Origin: Rhynchopus sp. YZ270_cl-10
Taxonomy: Eukaryota
Length of the DNA: 64,000 nucleotides
Direction: 5' to 3'
Assembly (NCBI GenBank): GCA_964035575.1
Contig: OZ037844.1
Coordinates: 992,001 to 1,056,000, forward strand
In this document: positions 1 through 11,174 of the stretch, one piece after another
Position numbering within the stretch: position 1 is the stretch's first letter
Layout: every line of letters begins with the position of its first letter
Notes under the pieces: model-generated
Told to the model about the DNA's origin: nothing
Databases searched by the model: none
The model's input: the letters and a program-made list of their open reading frames with translations, nothing else
Translations under genes and position numbers: made by a program

Positions 1-1986
1 ACCCGCACCCGCAAGCTTCGTCCCGCTGTTCGCACGTTCCATAAAGCGCACAGCGTTCTCAGCATGTGCCTGTGTCGCACGAACAAGGTTCCACCCAACA
101 CACACACGGCTCCCCAGCAGCGACACCAATGTACCCCCGCTCTGGTCCAACGCAGTCATCAGGACCGACATCACATTGCTCATGTCCTGCAACGCTCCCC
201 CACACTCATCCACACGCACAACCACCTCCACCTCCAACACACCCACAGTCGCAACAGCAGACACACGTGTTCGTGCAAGTGTCTCACACAAACTGTGCGC
301 CACCTCACCGTCAGTCGTGTTGCGCATGGTGCTCTTCATAAACGGCAGCAGTGGCATCGTCTCAGGCTGGAGCGGGTCAAACCTCCTCTCTGCAAGCGAA
401 GGTGGCCACACACAGCACACAAGCACAGGCTCTGCCACACCCTTCAGCTCAAGTGCCTCTGCCGCGCCTGCCACCCCCACACAGCCGCCACAGTGCTGCT
501 CCCACAGGTCCGCAGGCACAGCAACAGCACCCGGTGTGCACGTGCTCTCGATGCGTGCTGCCACGTTCACAGTGTGGCCGAAGTAGTCAGTCCGTCCCGT
601 CAGTGCGTTCTGCTCCGCAGCCACAGGGCCGCTGTTCACACCAATGCGCACCGTGAGCCCACCCCACAGGTTGCCACGTTCAGCACAGATCGGCACCTCC
701 ATCAACGACGCAGGCCAGTCCGCAGCACGGAGCATCTCGTGCACTTTCAGCCCAAAGTCAACACCTTCTTGTGTGGTCTCGAAGGCAACCATGAAGGCGT
801 CACCGATTGTCTTCACCTCGTAGCCACTAAACATCTGCATCGCAGTCCGCATCACCGAGTTGTGGATCCACAGCCCATCCCGCATCCCGTCAGGTGCGCC
901 TTCCCAGATCGATGTGGACGAGCGGATGTCTGTGAACACCACAGTCACTTCCTCGCTGAGTGCACCAGGTGCCGACACAATGCTCTGGACAGACATCTGG
1001 TCGTCTCTGTCGAACAGTGCAGCAGGGAGGTAGGGGCGGTAACGCCGCAGGTTCAGCTCCATCGTCTCGAGTGTTGCATGCATCTCAGGGGGCAGCAGCG
1101 CCTTGCGTGCATCCAGCATGCGTGCCACACCGTCCACGTCGTACTTCGCCAACAGCGCTGTGATCTCCTGCACTGCACTGATGGTGCGCTGCATGGCCGC
1201 CTGCTCCTTCATCACTGTCGTTGCAAACCCTCGTGTGATGACAAAGTCCATCAAAAACACGGACAAGGACACGGCTAAGTTGGTTGGTGGGAAGGACACA
1301 GGGCAGGGCAGAGTGTCGCACGCCAGCAGGTCCTCGTAGTACTTGCGCCTCACCTCCTGCGTGCCAAAACCTGGAAGGTCGAGGAGCCCAAAACGGAAGC
1401 TCTCCTCGACTGCGACTATCACGAGGTACACCACTGTGAAGGCCACCAACCCGAAGGTGTACTTTGTGGGCATCTGCAACACCAGCATGAGGTCTATCGC
1501 GATCACGAGCAACGGCCATCCTGGGTTTCCTATGGTCCTCCCACCAAGGTCGTACACGTACGCGCCAAATGCCATCCCATAAATAATTGGCACAACAACC
1601 GGAACGGGCATCTGCTTCTTGAAGGATATCAAGAATACAAAAGCAGCATTCATAAGCGTGAATAGCACACCTGCCACGTAAAAGGACGGTATGTCATTCG
1701 CTGTCTCGTAGGTGGACAAGAAATTCAGCACATTCCCACCTAGGCCAACAGTCGTAGAAGCAAAAATGATTTTGCGTCCCGACTGTGCTTGTTTCCCCAG
1801 CGTCCCATCCAATGAGATCATGTTCTGAAACCAATCCATGATCGCCCTCTTCATCTTCGCCATGTGGTTGTGTTCCTCCCTAGTTGGGGTGGGGTGTATC
1901 AAAAGGGGTGGGGAAGCGTAGGACTCATCAGACATCTTCTTTGCTGTCTGCGACACGCATGCTCGGACACCTTCGTCGCCACTCAT
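1..1986 (-). CDS. Membrane (receptor-type) class III adenylate cyclase, copy 1; 3' end runs off the window
   Basis: Not in the ORF track because it has no stop inside the window. Colinear and same length as copy 3. ATG at 1986; the variable region (1261-1860) read by hand has no in-frame stop (..KQAQSGRKIIFAS..KKQMPVPVVVP..). Cyclase motifs VFTDIRSSTSIWE, EVKTIGDAFM and DYFGHTVNVAARIES. Confidence 0.88.
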   Translation of the reverse strand, partial: MSGDEGVRACVSQTAKKMSDESYASPPLLIHPTPTREEHNHMAKMKRAIMDWFQNMISLDGTLGKQAQSGRKIIFASTTVGLGGNVLNFLSTYETANDIPSFYVAGVLFTLMNAAFVFLISFKKQMPVPVVVPIIYGMAFGAYVYDLGGRTIGNPGWPLLVIAIDLMLVLQMPTKYTFGLVAFTVVYLVIVAVEESFRFGLLDLPGFGTQEVRRKYYEDLLACDTLPCPVSFPPTNLAVSLSVFLMDFVITRGFATTVMKEQAAMQRTISAVQEITALLAKYDVDGVARMLDARKALLPPEMHATLETMELNLRRYRPYLPAALFDRDDQMSVQSIVSAPGALSEEVTVVFTDIRSSTSIWEGAPDGMRDGLWIHNSVMRTAMQMFSGYEVKTIGDAFMVAFETTQEGVDFGLKVHEMLRAADWPASLMEVPICAERGNLWGGLTVRIGVNSGPVAAEQNALTGRTDYFGHTVNVAARIESTCTPGAVAVPADLWEQHCGGCVGVAGAAEALELKGVAEPVLVCCVWPPSLAERRFDPLQPETMPLLPFMKSTMRNTTDGEVAHSLCETLARTRVSAVATVGVLEVEVVVRVDECGGALQDMSNVMSVLMTALDQSGGTLVSLLGSRVCVGWNLVRATQAHAENAVRFMERANSGTKLAGAG

Positions 1987-2367
1987 CAGCAACGAAGGCT
2001 GAAGGGTGTTGACATAGTATCAGGTGCCCACAGGGAGAGACAGAAACGACACCTTCGTGAGTTCATATGAAAAACAGTTTCTTTTTTTTCTACGCGGATG
2101 CGATATGTATTGAAGTGAAGTAAGGGGTACAGAATGAGAGAGAGAGAGGTACAAGAGAGATCAAGAACGTTGACTTGAGATACAAAGCCTCTCGTGGCAG
2201 TGTATACCTAAAGACAACGTGAAGGATGAATGTCCTCACTGACATATTTTACTAAATCGCTGATGTGACATGAAACATCGGTGTCTAAAAGGGGCGAAAA
2301 GAGATTAGTTGAAATGCAAGATGATGACATTATCCACGACACTTTTTTTTTTTTTTTTTTTTTTTTT

Positions 2368-2415
2368 GAAAACTTGGTTGTATTAGTGTAGCCACCCTAG
2401 AGTGTGCTCCACTAT
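2368..2415 (-). mobile_element. 48-nt hairpin/A-tailed dispersed element (copy 1 of ~9)
   Basis: GAAAACTTGGTTGTATTAGTGTAGCCACCCTAGAGTGTGCTCCACTAT preceded by a long T run. The same 48-mer with the same ends recurs across the window. Confidence 0.75.
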
Positions 2416-2661
2416 TTTTTTATTGTCGACCAAAAGACCAGGGTAGTAGCTTGAAAGGTGCACTTTTCAAATGTTGCTGGTTTGCTAGTTTTGGAAAAAA
2501 TTTTCCTGTATCATAAATTAGAGGTTAGGGTGGACGCATTGTTATCTAAAGACACGGCTTTTCTTCCCAGGCTCCTTAAAAGAGAGCAAATAAAAGGGGG
2601 TACGCTTTGCAGTTGGTGCCAGAGTCCTTTTTCTATGTTATTTTGTTTGGGGGGGTTTTTT

Positions 2662-3570
2662 CAGGGTCCTAGCTCAGTAGAACGGAAAAGGTGGCCCACC
2701 TTTTCCGTTCTTTTTTTTTTTTTTTGGGTTTTTTTTTACACGGTGCAAAAAACCGGTTGGCCAAGGAGGTCCTCAGTGTCGTCAGCCAGTCCCCTTTGCT
2801 GTTAAAAACAGCGACTTGGCGTGGTCAATTTTTCCGCGCGAACAGGGATTACGCTCCACGTGTGGAACGTATGGAAATCCATACGTGAATTGTTTTTGAA
2901 AAGGTGGAATCCATACGTGTCCATACGTAGGTAATTTGGGTTTTGGATTGGGGCTGGGGTGGGGTAGGTGAGGAGTGGGGCTCCGCCCCCACCTCTCACC
3001 TACCCCCTACAGAATTCTATTTGTAGGAGACAATTTTCTATTTTACCGGAAAAGGAGCATGCAGCATGGCGAAAGAAAAAAGTAGCGTACCGTGCGCCTG
3101 CGGCGCTAGATTGCAATACACCCTTCCCATGACATAATAGGCAATTTTAAGCGCAATTTTTAGAAATGTTGCGTACCGTGGCTTCGCTAGAAACTTTCGT
3201 TTTAGCAAAATATGGAAGTAAAGTTTACGGAACTGGACCATAGTTACCAACGAAAGTGCCATTTTATGTCAAGATTTTTTAAAAATGTTGCGTACCGTGG
3301 CTTCGCCAGGAACATTTGGATGCCATGACTGATGATTTCTCCAGTTCTTCGAACTTTCACAGCCCTTCTCAACCAACTTTGCCAGGGAGAGCGCGCGCGA
3401 AGCGCGCGCGGTTTTTAATTGTTTTTGCTTAGAATTGTACGTGTTGAAAATCCATACGTACTTTTTTTATTTTTGGGGGAGCTGCGTAATCCCTGCGCGC
3501 GAAGCGCAGAAATTTTTTTTTGAGCCACCTTTTCCGTTTCTTTTTTTTTTTCTTCTGAGCTAGAACCCTG
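2662..3570. mobile_element. Non-autonomous TIR DNA transposon (~909 bp), CAGGG termini, 7-bp TSD
   Basis: TIR CAGGGTCCTAGCTCAG..CTGAGCTAGAACCCTG; GTTTTTT at 2655-2661 and 3571-3577; near-identical inverted copy at 3933-4841. Confidence 0.85.
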
Positions 3571-3932
3571 GTTTTTTGATAAATAAATATTTTTTTTTGC
3601 ATGCATATTGCAGTCGCCAATACTCCTAATAGCATGAAAAAAAGGCAAAATAGTAATGAAGGCATTGAGAGAAAACAACAATAAAAGGGGCAATCTATAG
3701 AAAACATAAATAGAGCAGTTGAAATGTGCTGCAATGCAGCCCGGTCGTGCTCATGCAAGGGTGGGACGTGAGTGGTCCGTACCAATAAGAGAACGGAGGC
3801 GCTCGTCAGGCCACGCAGTCTCTTTATACCCCAGGCTCAGCAGCCTGCTATGATTTTGCACGATAGTTACCGTGGGAGAATTGCAGCAAAGTGACCTTCG
3901 GGTTTCAAAAAAATAAAAAAGGTCACTTCAGA

Positions 3933-4841
3933 CAGGGTTCTAGCTCAGAAGAAAAAAAAAAGAAACGGAAAAGGTGGCTCAAAAAAATTTTTTCTGCGCT
4001 TCGCGCGCAGGGATTACGCAGCTCCCCCAAAAATAAAAAAAGTACGTATGGATTTTCAACACGTACAATTCTAAGCAAAAACAATTAAAAACCGCGCGCG
4101 CTTCGCGCGCGCTCTCCCTGGCAAAGTTGGTTGAGAAGGGTTGTGAAAGTTCGAAGAACTGGAGAAATCATCAGTCATGTCATCCAAATGTTCCTGGCGA
4201 AGCCACGGTACGCAACATTTTTAAAAAATCTTGACATAAAATGGCACTTTCGTTGGTAACTATGGTCCAGTTCCGTAAACTTTACTTCCATATTTTGCTA
4301 AAACGAAAGGTTCTGGCGAAGCCACGGTACGCAACATTTCTAAAAATTGCGCTTAAAACTGCCTATTATGTCATGGGAAGGGTGTATTGCAATCTAGCGC
4401 CGCAGGCGCACGGTACGCTACTTTTTTCTTTCGCCATGCTGCATGCTCCTTTTCCGGTAAAATAGAAAATTGTCTCCTACAAATAGAATTCTGTAGGGGG
4501 TAGGTGAGAGGTGGGGGCGGAGCCCCACTCCTCACCTACCCCACCCCAGCCCCAATCCAAAACCCAAATTACCTACGTATGGACACGTATGGATTCCACC
4601 TTTTCAAAAACAATTCACGTATGGATTTCCATACGTTCCACACGTGGAGCGTAATCCCTGTTCGCGCGGAAAAATTGACCACGCCAAGTCGCTGTTTTTA
4701 ACAGCAAAGGGGACTGGCTGACGACACTGAGGACCTCCTTGGCCAACCGGTTTTTTGCACCGTGTAAAAAAAACCCAAAAAAAAAAAAAAAAGAACGGAA
4801 AAGGTGGGCCACCTTTTCCGTTCTACTGAGCTAGGACCCTG
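3933..4841. mobile_element. Second copy of the same ~909-bp TIR element, inverted
   Basis: TIR CAGGGTTCTAGCTCAG..CTGAGCTAGGACCCTG; TSD CTTCAGA at 3926-3932 and 4842-4848. Confidence 0.88.
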
Positions 4842-4968
4842 CTTCAGAAGTGGTAAAAGTTACCACTCGTATGGCCCCTGTGCGTACTTATTGCGTACTT
4901 AGTGCGTAGTTGTCGCGTACTTCGTTTTGATTTCTGGGGTACCAGAAGGGTAAAAAAGCCATTTTCTG

Positions 4969-5108
4969 ATTTCGGAGTTCTGCTCCTTGACCAGGATTCA
5001 ACCCTGTGGCCGCGCTCATCAGGAGCCAGGGCTATTGTGGGGTGTGGGTGGGAATACAAAGGGGTAGGGGTTGGGCACAAACCCAATGTCAAAACAAAGG
5101 TGAATGTG
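4969..5108. repeat. Dispersed ~140-bp repeat (inverted copy at ~32523-32662)
   Basis: TGCTCCTTGACCAGGATTCAACCCTGTGGCCGCGCTCATCAGGAGCCAGGGCTATTGTGG..CAAAGGTGAATGTGT matches the reverse complement of ~32523-32662. Confidence 0.8.
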
Positions 5109-5184
5109 TTTCGAGTGTCGTAGCTCGCCAACCTGCGGGGAACAGTGTTCACAAGAGAACAGCTTTGAAACACTGTCCTAAACA

Positions 5185-6001
5185 ATTTTATTTCCCAACC
5201 CAACAACAACGATAAAGCGTGAAGACAATAGATAAAAGCAAAGAAGTAATTTTAGGTTTTGTGAGGCACTCAACGAGTGTGCCGGCTCTGTGGCGTCATG
5301 GAGCCACCAACACTCCCCAGTCATTTTTCCTGCGCATCCAGGAAAACTCGCAGTATGCGACCAGGATGCGACTAGACTAGGGAGTGCAGGATTTTTGCTG
5401 CTAAAGTAGAGATAAATCAAGAACAAGGTTGAAAAGAGGTTGGTTCCGGTCACTAAGGCCAGCTAGACCCTACGCGTGGAACACCTGACGCAAAGAAAGT
5501 TGAAGAGAGGTTCACTAAGGCCAGCTAGACCCTACACATGGAACACCTGACGCAAAGAAAGTTGAAAGGAGGTTGGTTCAGGTCCACTAGGCCAACTCGG
5601 ACCCTACGCATGGAAACACTGAAGCAAAAAACACAAAATTGGGAGGGAGGGAGGGAGGGAAACGAAAATTTTTTTCTTCACAGTAACAAAGTGTGAGGAA
5701 GAAGAAAAGAAAGCGAATAAAAACGAAAAAACAGTGTTTTTCTGAATGTGATGTTGTTGTTGGGGTGAGGAGAATAAAACAGTTCCAAGAAAAGCTCCTG
5801 CGTCGGTTTTCTTTTTGTTATTTTATTTCCCAACCCAACAACAACGATAAAGCGTGAAGACAATAGATAAAAGCAAAGAAGTAATTTTAGGTTTTGTGAG
5901 GCACTCAACGAGTGTGCCGGCTCTGTGGCGTCACGGAGCCACCAACACTCCCCAGTCATTTTTCCTGCGCATCCAGGAAAACTCGCAGTATGCGACCAGG
6001 A
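5185..6001 (-). repeat. 182-bp direct repeats (5185-5366 and 5820-6001) enclosing three ~62-bp tandem units (~5430-5625); probable terminal split repeats of the adjacent retroelement
   Basis: ATTTTATTTCCCAACCCAACAACAACG..TATGCGACCAGGA occurs twice; CACTAAGGCCAGCTAGACCCTAC..GAAAGTTG units lie between the two copies. Confidence 0.8.
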
Positions 6002-6314
6002 CCAGAAAAAAAAACCCCCCCCATCCCTCCCCCCCCAGGAGTCCCCCCCCTCCTCACAGAAACCAAAGACCAAGAGCAACCATGTGCCCCAGGACCGCAT
6101 CTGCCGCAGCCGTCGCAATCAGCGCTGCCACCAGCTCTCTCCGCCTGATTGGGGTGGGGGGCTTGCAGCAGCAGAGCATCTCCGACCACTTCCAAGAGAC
6201 ACGCAGCACCACCTCCTCCAACGGGTTCAGCACCGCTAGCGCGCCACCAACGTCACTCGCATCCGAGATAGAGACCCTTCGCGTCGGCGCTGCGCACCCC
6301 CCCGACACAGAACG

Positions 6315-7342
6315 TCACGTTCTCTGCACACCGCGGTATGCGTGCGGACCCCGAGGATCTCTTCCTCGACCAAGAGTCGAGATCCACTCCACGTGCAACG
6401 TCATCTTCGCCGCCTGCAGTCCGGAGAAGATTCTGCGCAGTATGCCGTTGCCCAGACGAGTCTTGGTGTGTCCCTTTTGCAGGACGAGTCGCACCGCATC
6501 GTTATCGACCCACAGGAGCACGGACGGCCACCCGCTCCGGCCAGCATACCGCAACGCCTTCTCTGCCGCCCACAGCTCAAGGTGGAACATGTCTCCCGAC
6601 AGGTACTCTCCCTCCCATGTACCCCATTCCGCCTGCGACAAAGGATCTCCCACTGTAGACGACACAAAACACCAGCCCGTCGTCGAAGCGTCTGACCACA
6701 CGGTCCCGGCAAAAACGGACAACGGCAGTGGAGGCGCGTGCAGCCATCTGTTCGGGGCGAGGTGAGCCTGTACGAGGCCCCTCACATCGCGTCTGACCCC
6801 CTCCGGAAGACGCACCACCGCATCCCAGCCGCACATATGGTCTGCAATACGCTTCGCCCACCTGCGGATGAATTGTATCGAGTCGCAGAAATGAGATAGT
6901 TTAAGCTGCGCAACGTACGTCACCCGGAAGAGGACTCCAAACATCGCCCACCACGCCAGCAACGTCGCCTCCTCCCTATCGCAAGACGCCGTTAAGCTGG
7001 AGAGCTGCTTCTTCTTCCATGCCTCCGGGAAACGAAACGCAGCACACGGAACGTCCCACTCCAGACCGATGTACGACACACGCTGCGCAGGAGCCTGCAT
7101 GCTCTTAGCTTCGTTGACCTCACCCTTGCAGTACGCAATCCTGTCTCGATGATGACGTCCAGGCACACCTCAGACCCAGAGGCCAACAGCTCCCCCAGAA
7201 ACACCTCCGACGTGTTCTGCGCAATCCACGGGGCGTAGCTGAAGCCCATCAGCAGCCTCGAGGTAAGAGCTTCTGAACACCACTTCAGAAAGCCCCCACT
7301 CTTAGGGCTGCCGGCCAACCTGCGTACGTTCTCCAGACACAA
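6315..7342 (-). pseudogene. Decayed reverse transcriptase + RNase H of a tyrosine-recombinase-class retrotransposon (DIRS/Ngaro/VIPER-TATE-like)
   Basis: LMGFSYAPWIAQ, degenerate YxDD region (CLDVII) with a frameshift near 7160, NEAKS..PAQRVSYIGLEWD, then RNase H motifs WSDASTTGW, HLELWAA, LWVDNDAV, LHVEWIST. 5' truncated. Confidence 0.8.
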
Positions 7343-7820
7343 CGTACCATTTGTGAAATCGTCTGCTATTGCAACGCATCGAGGATGAGGACGTTACGAT
7401 ATTTGCGAAGTGCAATGCGGACCCGAGAAGTCATTTACAGGCAGCACAACTAACCCCTGGATGTGGCAGCCCTCCCGTGAGCAAAATGCTGGCCTGACCG
7501 GAACAATGTGAAGTTGAGAGTGCAAACGCCTCGGGTACGTAGACACATACACAGTGCCACTCTGTGCCTCACAAGGATGCGAAACAAAAAATAACTTTCA
7601 GCATGAAGCGCCTCTCGTGCACTGCCTGCCTGGCGGGGGTCACTTCAAAGCCCCATGCTAACCAGTCGGCACTGCCATCACAAGGGGTGAAAAAGGTGAA
7701 GCACGGCAACATCAAAGCTTCTCAGGACAGTGAAAGAAAGCACGAAAAAGCGGAAAGTTGACGCAATCCCATCACCAAATAGCAGCCTGTGGATGGCGAC
7801 ATGTTCTGCCTGTTGCAGTG

Positions 7821-10121
7821 TCAGGAGCATGTTGATTCGGATGCGAAGCAGCGGCGTGGGCGGCTGGGGGTGCTGGTGCGGGTCACTTCGGGGACGTTGT
7901 CGTGTCTGCTGCTGCCGTACTCGTACACACCGACTGTGGTGCTGGGCTTCATGATCTCCGCAAGAGATGCTGGCAGCGACGTGCTCATCGGCGGTGCGTA
8001 CAGGAACACCTTTGCCAGGGACACAGCCTCTTCGCACAGCGCCCAGCTGCGCTGCACAGACGGCCCCATCACCGTCAGGAAGCGCTGTGTGCGTGACCCC
8101 ACGTCGCCGTGTTCTGTTGGCCCACTCGCAAGACCCGCACCCGCAAGTGTCGTCCTGCTGTGTACACGTTCCATAAAGTGCACAGCGTTCTCAGCATGTG
8201 CCTGTGTCACACGAGCAAGGTTCCACCCAACACACACACGGCTCCCCAGCAGTGACACCAATGTACCCCCGCTCTGGTCCAACGCAGTCATCAGGACCGA
8301 CATCACATTGCTCATGTCCTGCAATGCTCCCCCACACTCATCCGCACGCACAACCACCTCCACCTCCAACACACCCACAGTCGCAACAGCAGACACACGT
8401 GTTCGTGCAAGTGTCTCGGACAAACTGTGCGCCACCTCACCATCAGTCATGTTGCGCATGGTGCTCTTCATAAACGGCAGCAGTGGCATCGTCTCAGGCT
8501 GGAGCGGGTCAAACCTCCTCTCTGCAAGCGAAGGTGGCCACACACAGCACACAAGCACAGGCTCTGCCACACCCTTCAGCTCAAGTGCCTCTGCCGCGCC
8601 TGCCACCCCCACACAGCCGCCACAGTGCTGCTCCCACAGGTCCGCAGGCACAGCAACAGCACCCGGTGTGCACGTGCTCTCGATGCGTGCTGCCACGTTC
8701 ACAGTGTGGCCGAAGTAGTCAGTCCGTCCCGTCAGTGCGTTCCGCTCCGCAGCCACAGGGCCGCTGTTCACACCAATGCGCACCGTGAGCCCACCCCACA
8801 GGTTGCCACGTTCAGCACAGATTGGCACCTCCATCAACGACGCAGGCCAGTCCGCAGCACGGAGCATCTCGTGCACATTCAGCCCAAAGTCAACACCTTC
8901 TTGTGTGGTCTCGAAGGCAACCATGAAGGCGTCACCGATTGTCTTCACCTCGTAGCCACTAAACATCTGCATCGCAGTCCGCATCACCGAGTTGTGGATC
9001 CACAGCCCATCCCGCATCCCGTCAGGTGCGCCTTCCCAGATCGATGTGGACGAGCGGATGTCTGTGAACACCACCGTCACTGCCTCGCTGTGTGCACCAG
9101 GTGCCGTCACAACGCTCTGGACAGACATCTGGTCGTCTCTGTCGAACAGTGCAGCAGGGAGGTAGGGGCGGTAACGCCGCAGGTTCAACTCCATCTTCTC
9201 GAGTGTTGCATGCATCTCAGGGGGCAGCAGCGCCTTGCGTGCATCCAGCATGCGTGCCACACCGTCCACGTCGTACTTCGCCAGCAGCGCTGTGATCTCC
9301 TGCACTGCACTGATGGTGCGCTGCATGGCCGCCTGCTCCTTCATCACTGTCGTCGCAAACCCTCGTGTGATGACAAAGTCCATCAAAAATACGCCCAAGG
9401 ACAGGGCTAGGTTGACTGGTGGGAAGGACACAGCGCATGGCAGAGTGTCGCACGATGTCCTTTCGTCGAAGTACTCACGCCTCACCTCCTGCGTGCCAAA
9501 ACCTGGGATGTCAAGAAGCCCAAAACGGAAGCTCTCCTCGACTGCGATTGTCACGAGGTACACCACTGTGAAGGCCACCAACCCGAAGGTGTACTTTGTG
9601 GGCATCTGCAAGACCAACATCTCGTCTATCACGACCACGAGAAGCGGCCATCCTGGGTTTCCCATGGTCCGTCCGGCAAGGTCGTACAGGAACACGCCAA
9701 GTGCCAGGGCATAAAGCATGGGCACAACAACCGGAACGGGCATCTGCTTCTTGAAAAGTATCAGGTATGTGAAAGCAGCATACGTTACCACGAATATCGC
9801 ATTCGCCACAACGTAAAAGGACGGCACGTCCTTCACTCTCCCGGATATGGATATAAAAAACATCAGATTGAGAACTACCGCAATAGCCGAAGCGACAAGC
9901 ATGATTTTGCGACGTGACTGTGCTTGTTTCCCCAGCGTCCCATCCATTGAGATCATGTTCTGAAACCAATCCATGCTCGCCATCTTCATCTTCGCCATGT
10001 GGTTGTGTTCCTCCCTAGTTGGGGTGGGGTGTATCAAAAGGGGTGGGGAAGCGTAGGACTCATCAGACATCTTCTTTGCTGTCTGCGACACGCATGCTCG
10101 GACACCTTCGTCGCCACTCAT
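7821..10121 (-). CDS. Membrane class III adenylate cyclase, copy 2 (multi-TM + catalytic domain + degenerate second cyclase-like domain)
   Basis: 768-aa ORF (first ATG 10121); hydrophobic segments at about aa 75-260; metal-binding Asps (TDI, GDA), ATP-selecting K (EVK) and D (TDYFG), and NVAAR. Confidence 0.93.
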   Translation of the reverse strand: MSGDEGVRACVSQTAKKMSDESYASPPLLIHPTPTREEHNHMAKMKMASMDWFQNMISMDGTLGKQAQSRRKIMLVASAIAVVLNLMFFISISGRVKDVPSFYVVANAIFVVTYAAFTYLILFKKQMPVPVVVPMLYALALGVFLYDLAGRTMGNPGWPLLVVVIDEMLVLQMPTKYTFGLVAFTVVYLVTIAVEESFRFGLLDIPGFGTQEVRREYFDERTSCDTLPCAVSFPPVNLALSLGVFLMDFVITRGFATTVMKEQAAMQRTISAVQEITALLAKYDVDGVARMLDARKALLPPEMHATLEKMELNLRRYRPYLPAALFDRDDQMSVQSVVTAPGAHSEAVTVVFTDIRSSTSIWEGAPDGMRDGLWIHNSVMRTAMQMFSGYEVKTIGDAFMVAFETTQEGVDFGLNVHEMLRAADWPASLMEVPICAERGNLWGGLTVRIGVNSGPVAAERNALTGRTDYFGHTVNVAARIESTCTPGAVAVPADLWEQHCGGCVGVAGAAEALELKGVAEPVLVCCVWPPSLAERRFDPLQPETMPLLPFMKSTMRNMTDGEVAHSLSETLARTRVSAVATVGVLEVEVVVRADECGGALQDMSNVMSVLMTALDQSGGTLVSLLGSRVCVGWNLARVTQAHAENAVHFMERVHSRTTLAGAGLASGPTEHGDVGSRTQRFLTVMGPSVQRSWALCEEAVSLAKVFLYAPPMSTSLPASLAEIMKPSTTVGVYEYGSSRHDNVPEVTRTSTPSRPRRCFASESTCS

Positions 10122-11174
10122 CAGCAACGAAGGCTGAAGGGTGTTGACATAGTATCAGGTGCCCACAGGGAGAGACAGAAACGACACCTTCGTGAGTTTA
10201 TATGAAAAACAGTTTCTTTTTTTTCTACGTGATCAGGGATTTTGCCAGGAATCGCGATTTTTCTTGGGGTGCCGGCAGCTCCGTTCATAAGGGACTACAT
10301 CCCGTTTTTTTTGTTATCGCGCAAATTGACCCTTTGTCTCTCCGCTCTGTGGCTGGCAGGGAGACTCGCGCGTGCGACGACCACTTTCGACCGAGTGGAA
10401 ATTTTTTTTCGTTTTCGCATAATTTCTGATTTTGGAGAAAACCCAAGCTATTGCCCTGATGTATCAGGTACTAAAGTTCTGTTGATTATCAACAGAACTT
10501 TTTTGAAAAAGGGGGGGGGGGGGGGGGGGGAATACTGGGGGGGAAAGCTCTTAGAGAGGGTTGCGACCCCTTGAACTCATCAAAAATCCCGGAGTGAGGG
10601 CATCACGTTCCGCTGAGAGCTCAACGTGTCCAAAAAACGCAAAATCGGGGAAGAAAGGAAAAAAGAAAGTTACGTACCGTGCAGGCCTGGGCCTAAACTG
10701 GGTGCCGGACGCCGGGTGCCAATTCAGATTTTTCTTTGCTTTTTTTGATAAATTGTTGGAGTAGTGTAGTTGCCTCGGCTGTGTTGCCACAGTTGTGCAA
10801 TCTCCACTGTCCAAGAAGTTCACTCACGAAAAGGCCTCTGATCTCGGGCCTTTTTTTCTAAGGATTTTTATTAGGGGAAAAAGTCTGGGGCCGGGTCGGG
10901 GCCCGTGAAGCTCAGTATAACCCGCACTCTGCCCGGGGGAGTACGGTACCAAGCCATAATGAAACATGCCATAAAAAAAAAGTCACCACCCTGCTTTCTT
11001 CCGTCTCTTTGACGCGTCTCCCTTGCACCTCCCGCAGAACAGAATAGAAAATAATACAGTCTGGTGCATGTGACTGCAAACGTCGGGGGAACCTTCTCGT
11101 CCTTCAACCCTAAAGGGGAGACGAGGGTGTGCAGCAGTCTCGGGAGGTCACGGGCAACCTTCTTGCAGTGCTGC

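Noticed and set aside
2662..4841. One 2.2-kb foldback element
   Set aside because: Each arm has its own TIR pair and its own TSD, and the outer flanks do not match each other.
6315..10121. Diversity-generating retroelement (RT next to variable genes)
   Set aside because: The RT is a decayed DIRS-class RT-RNase H, there is no template repeat, and the variation does not look adenine-specific.
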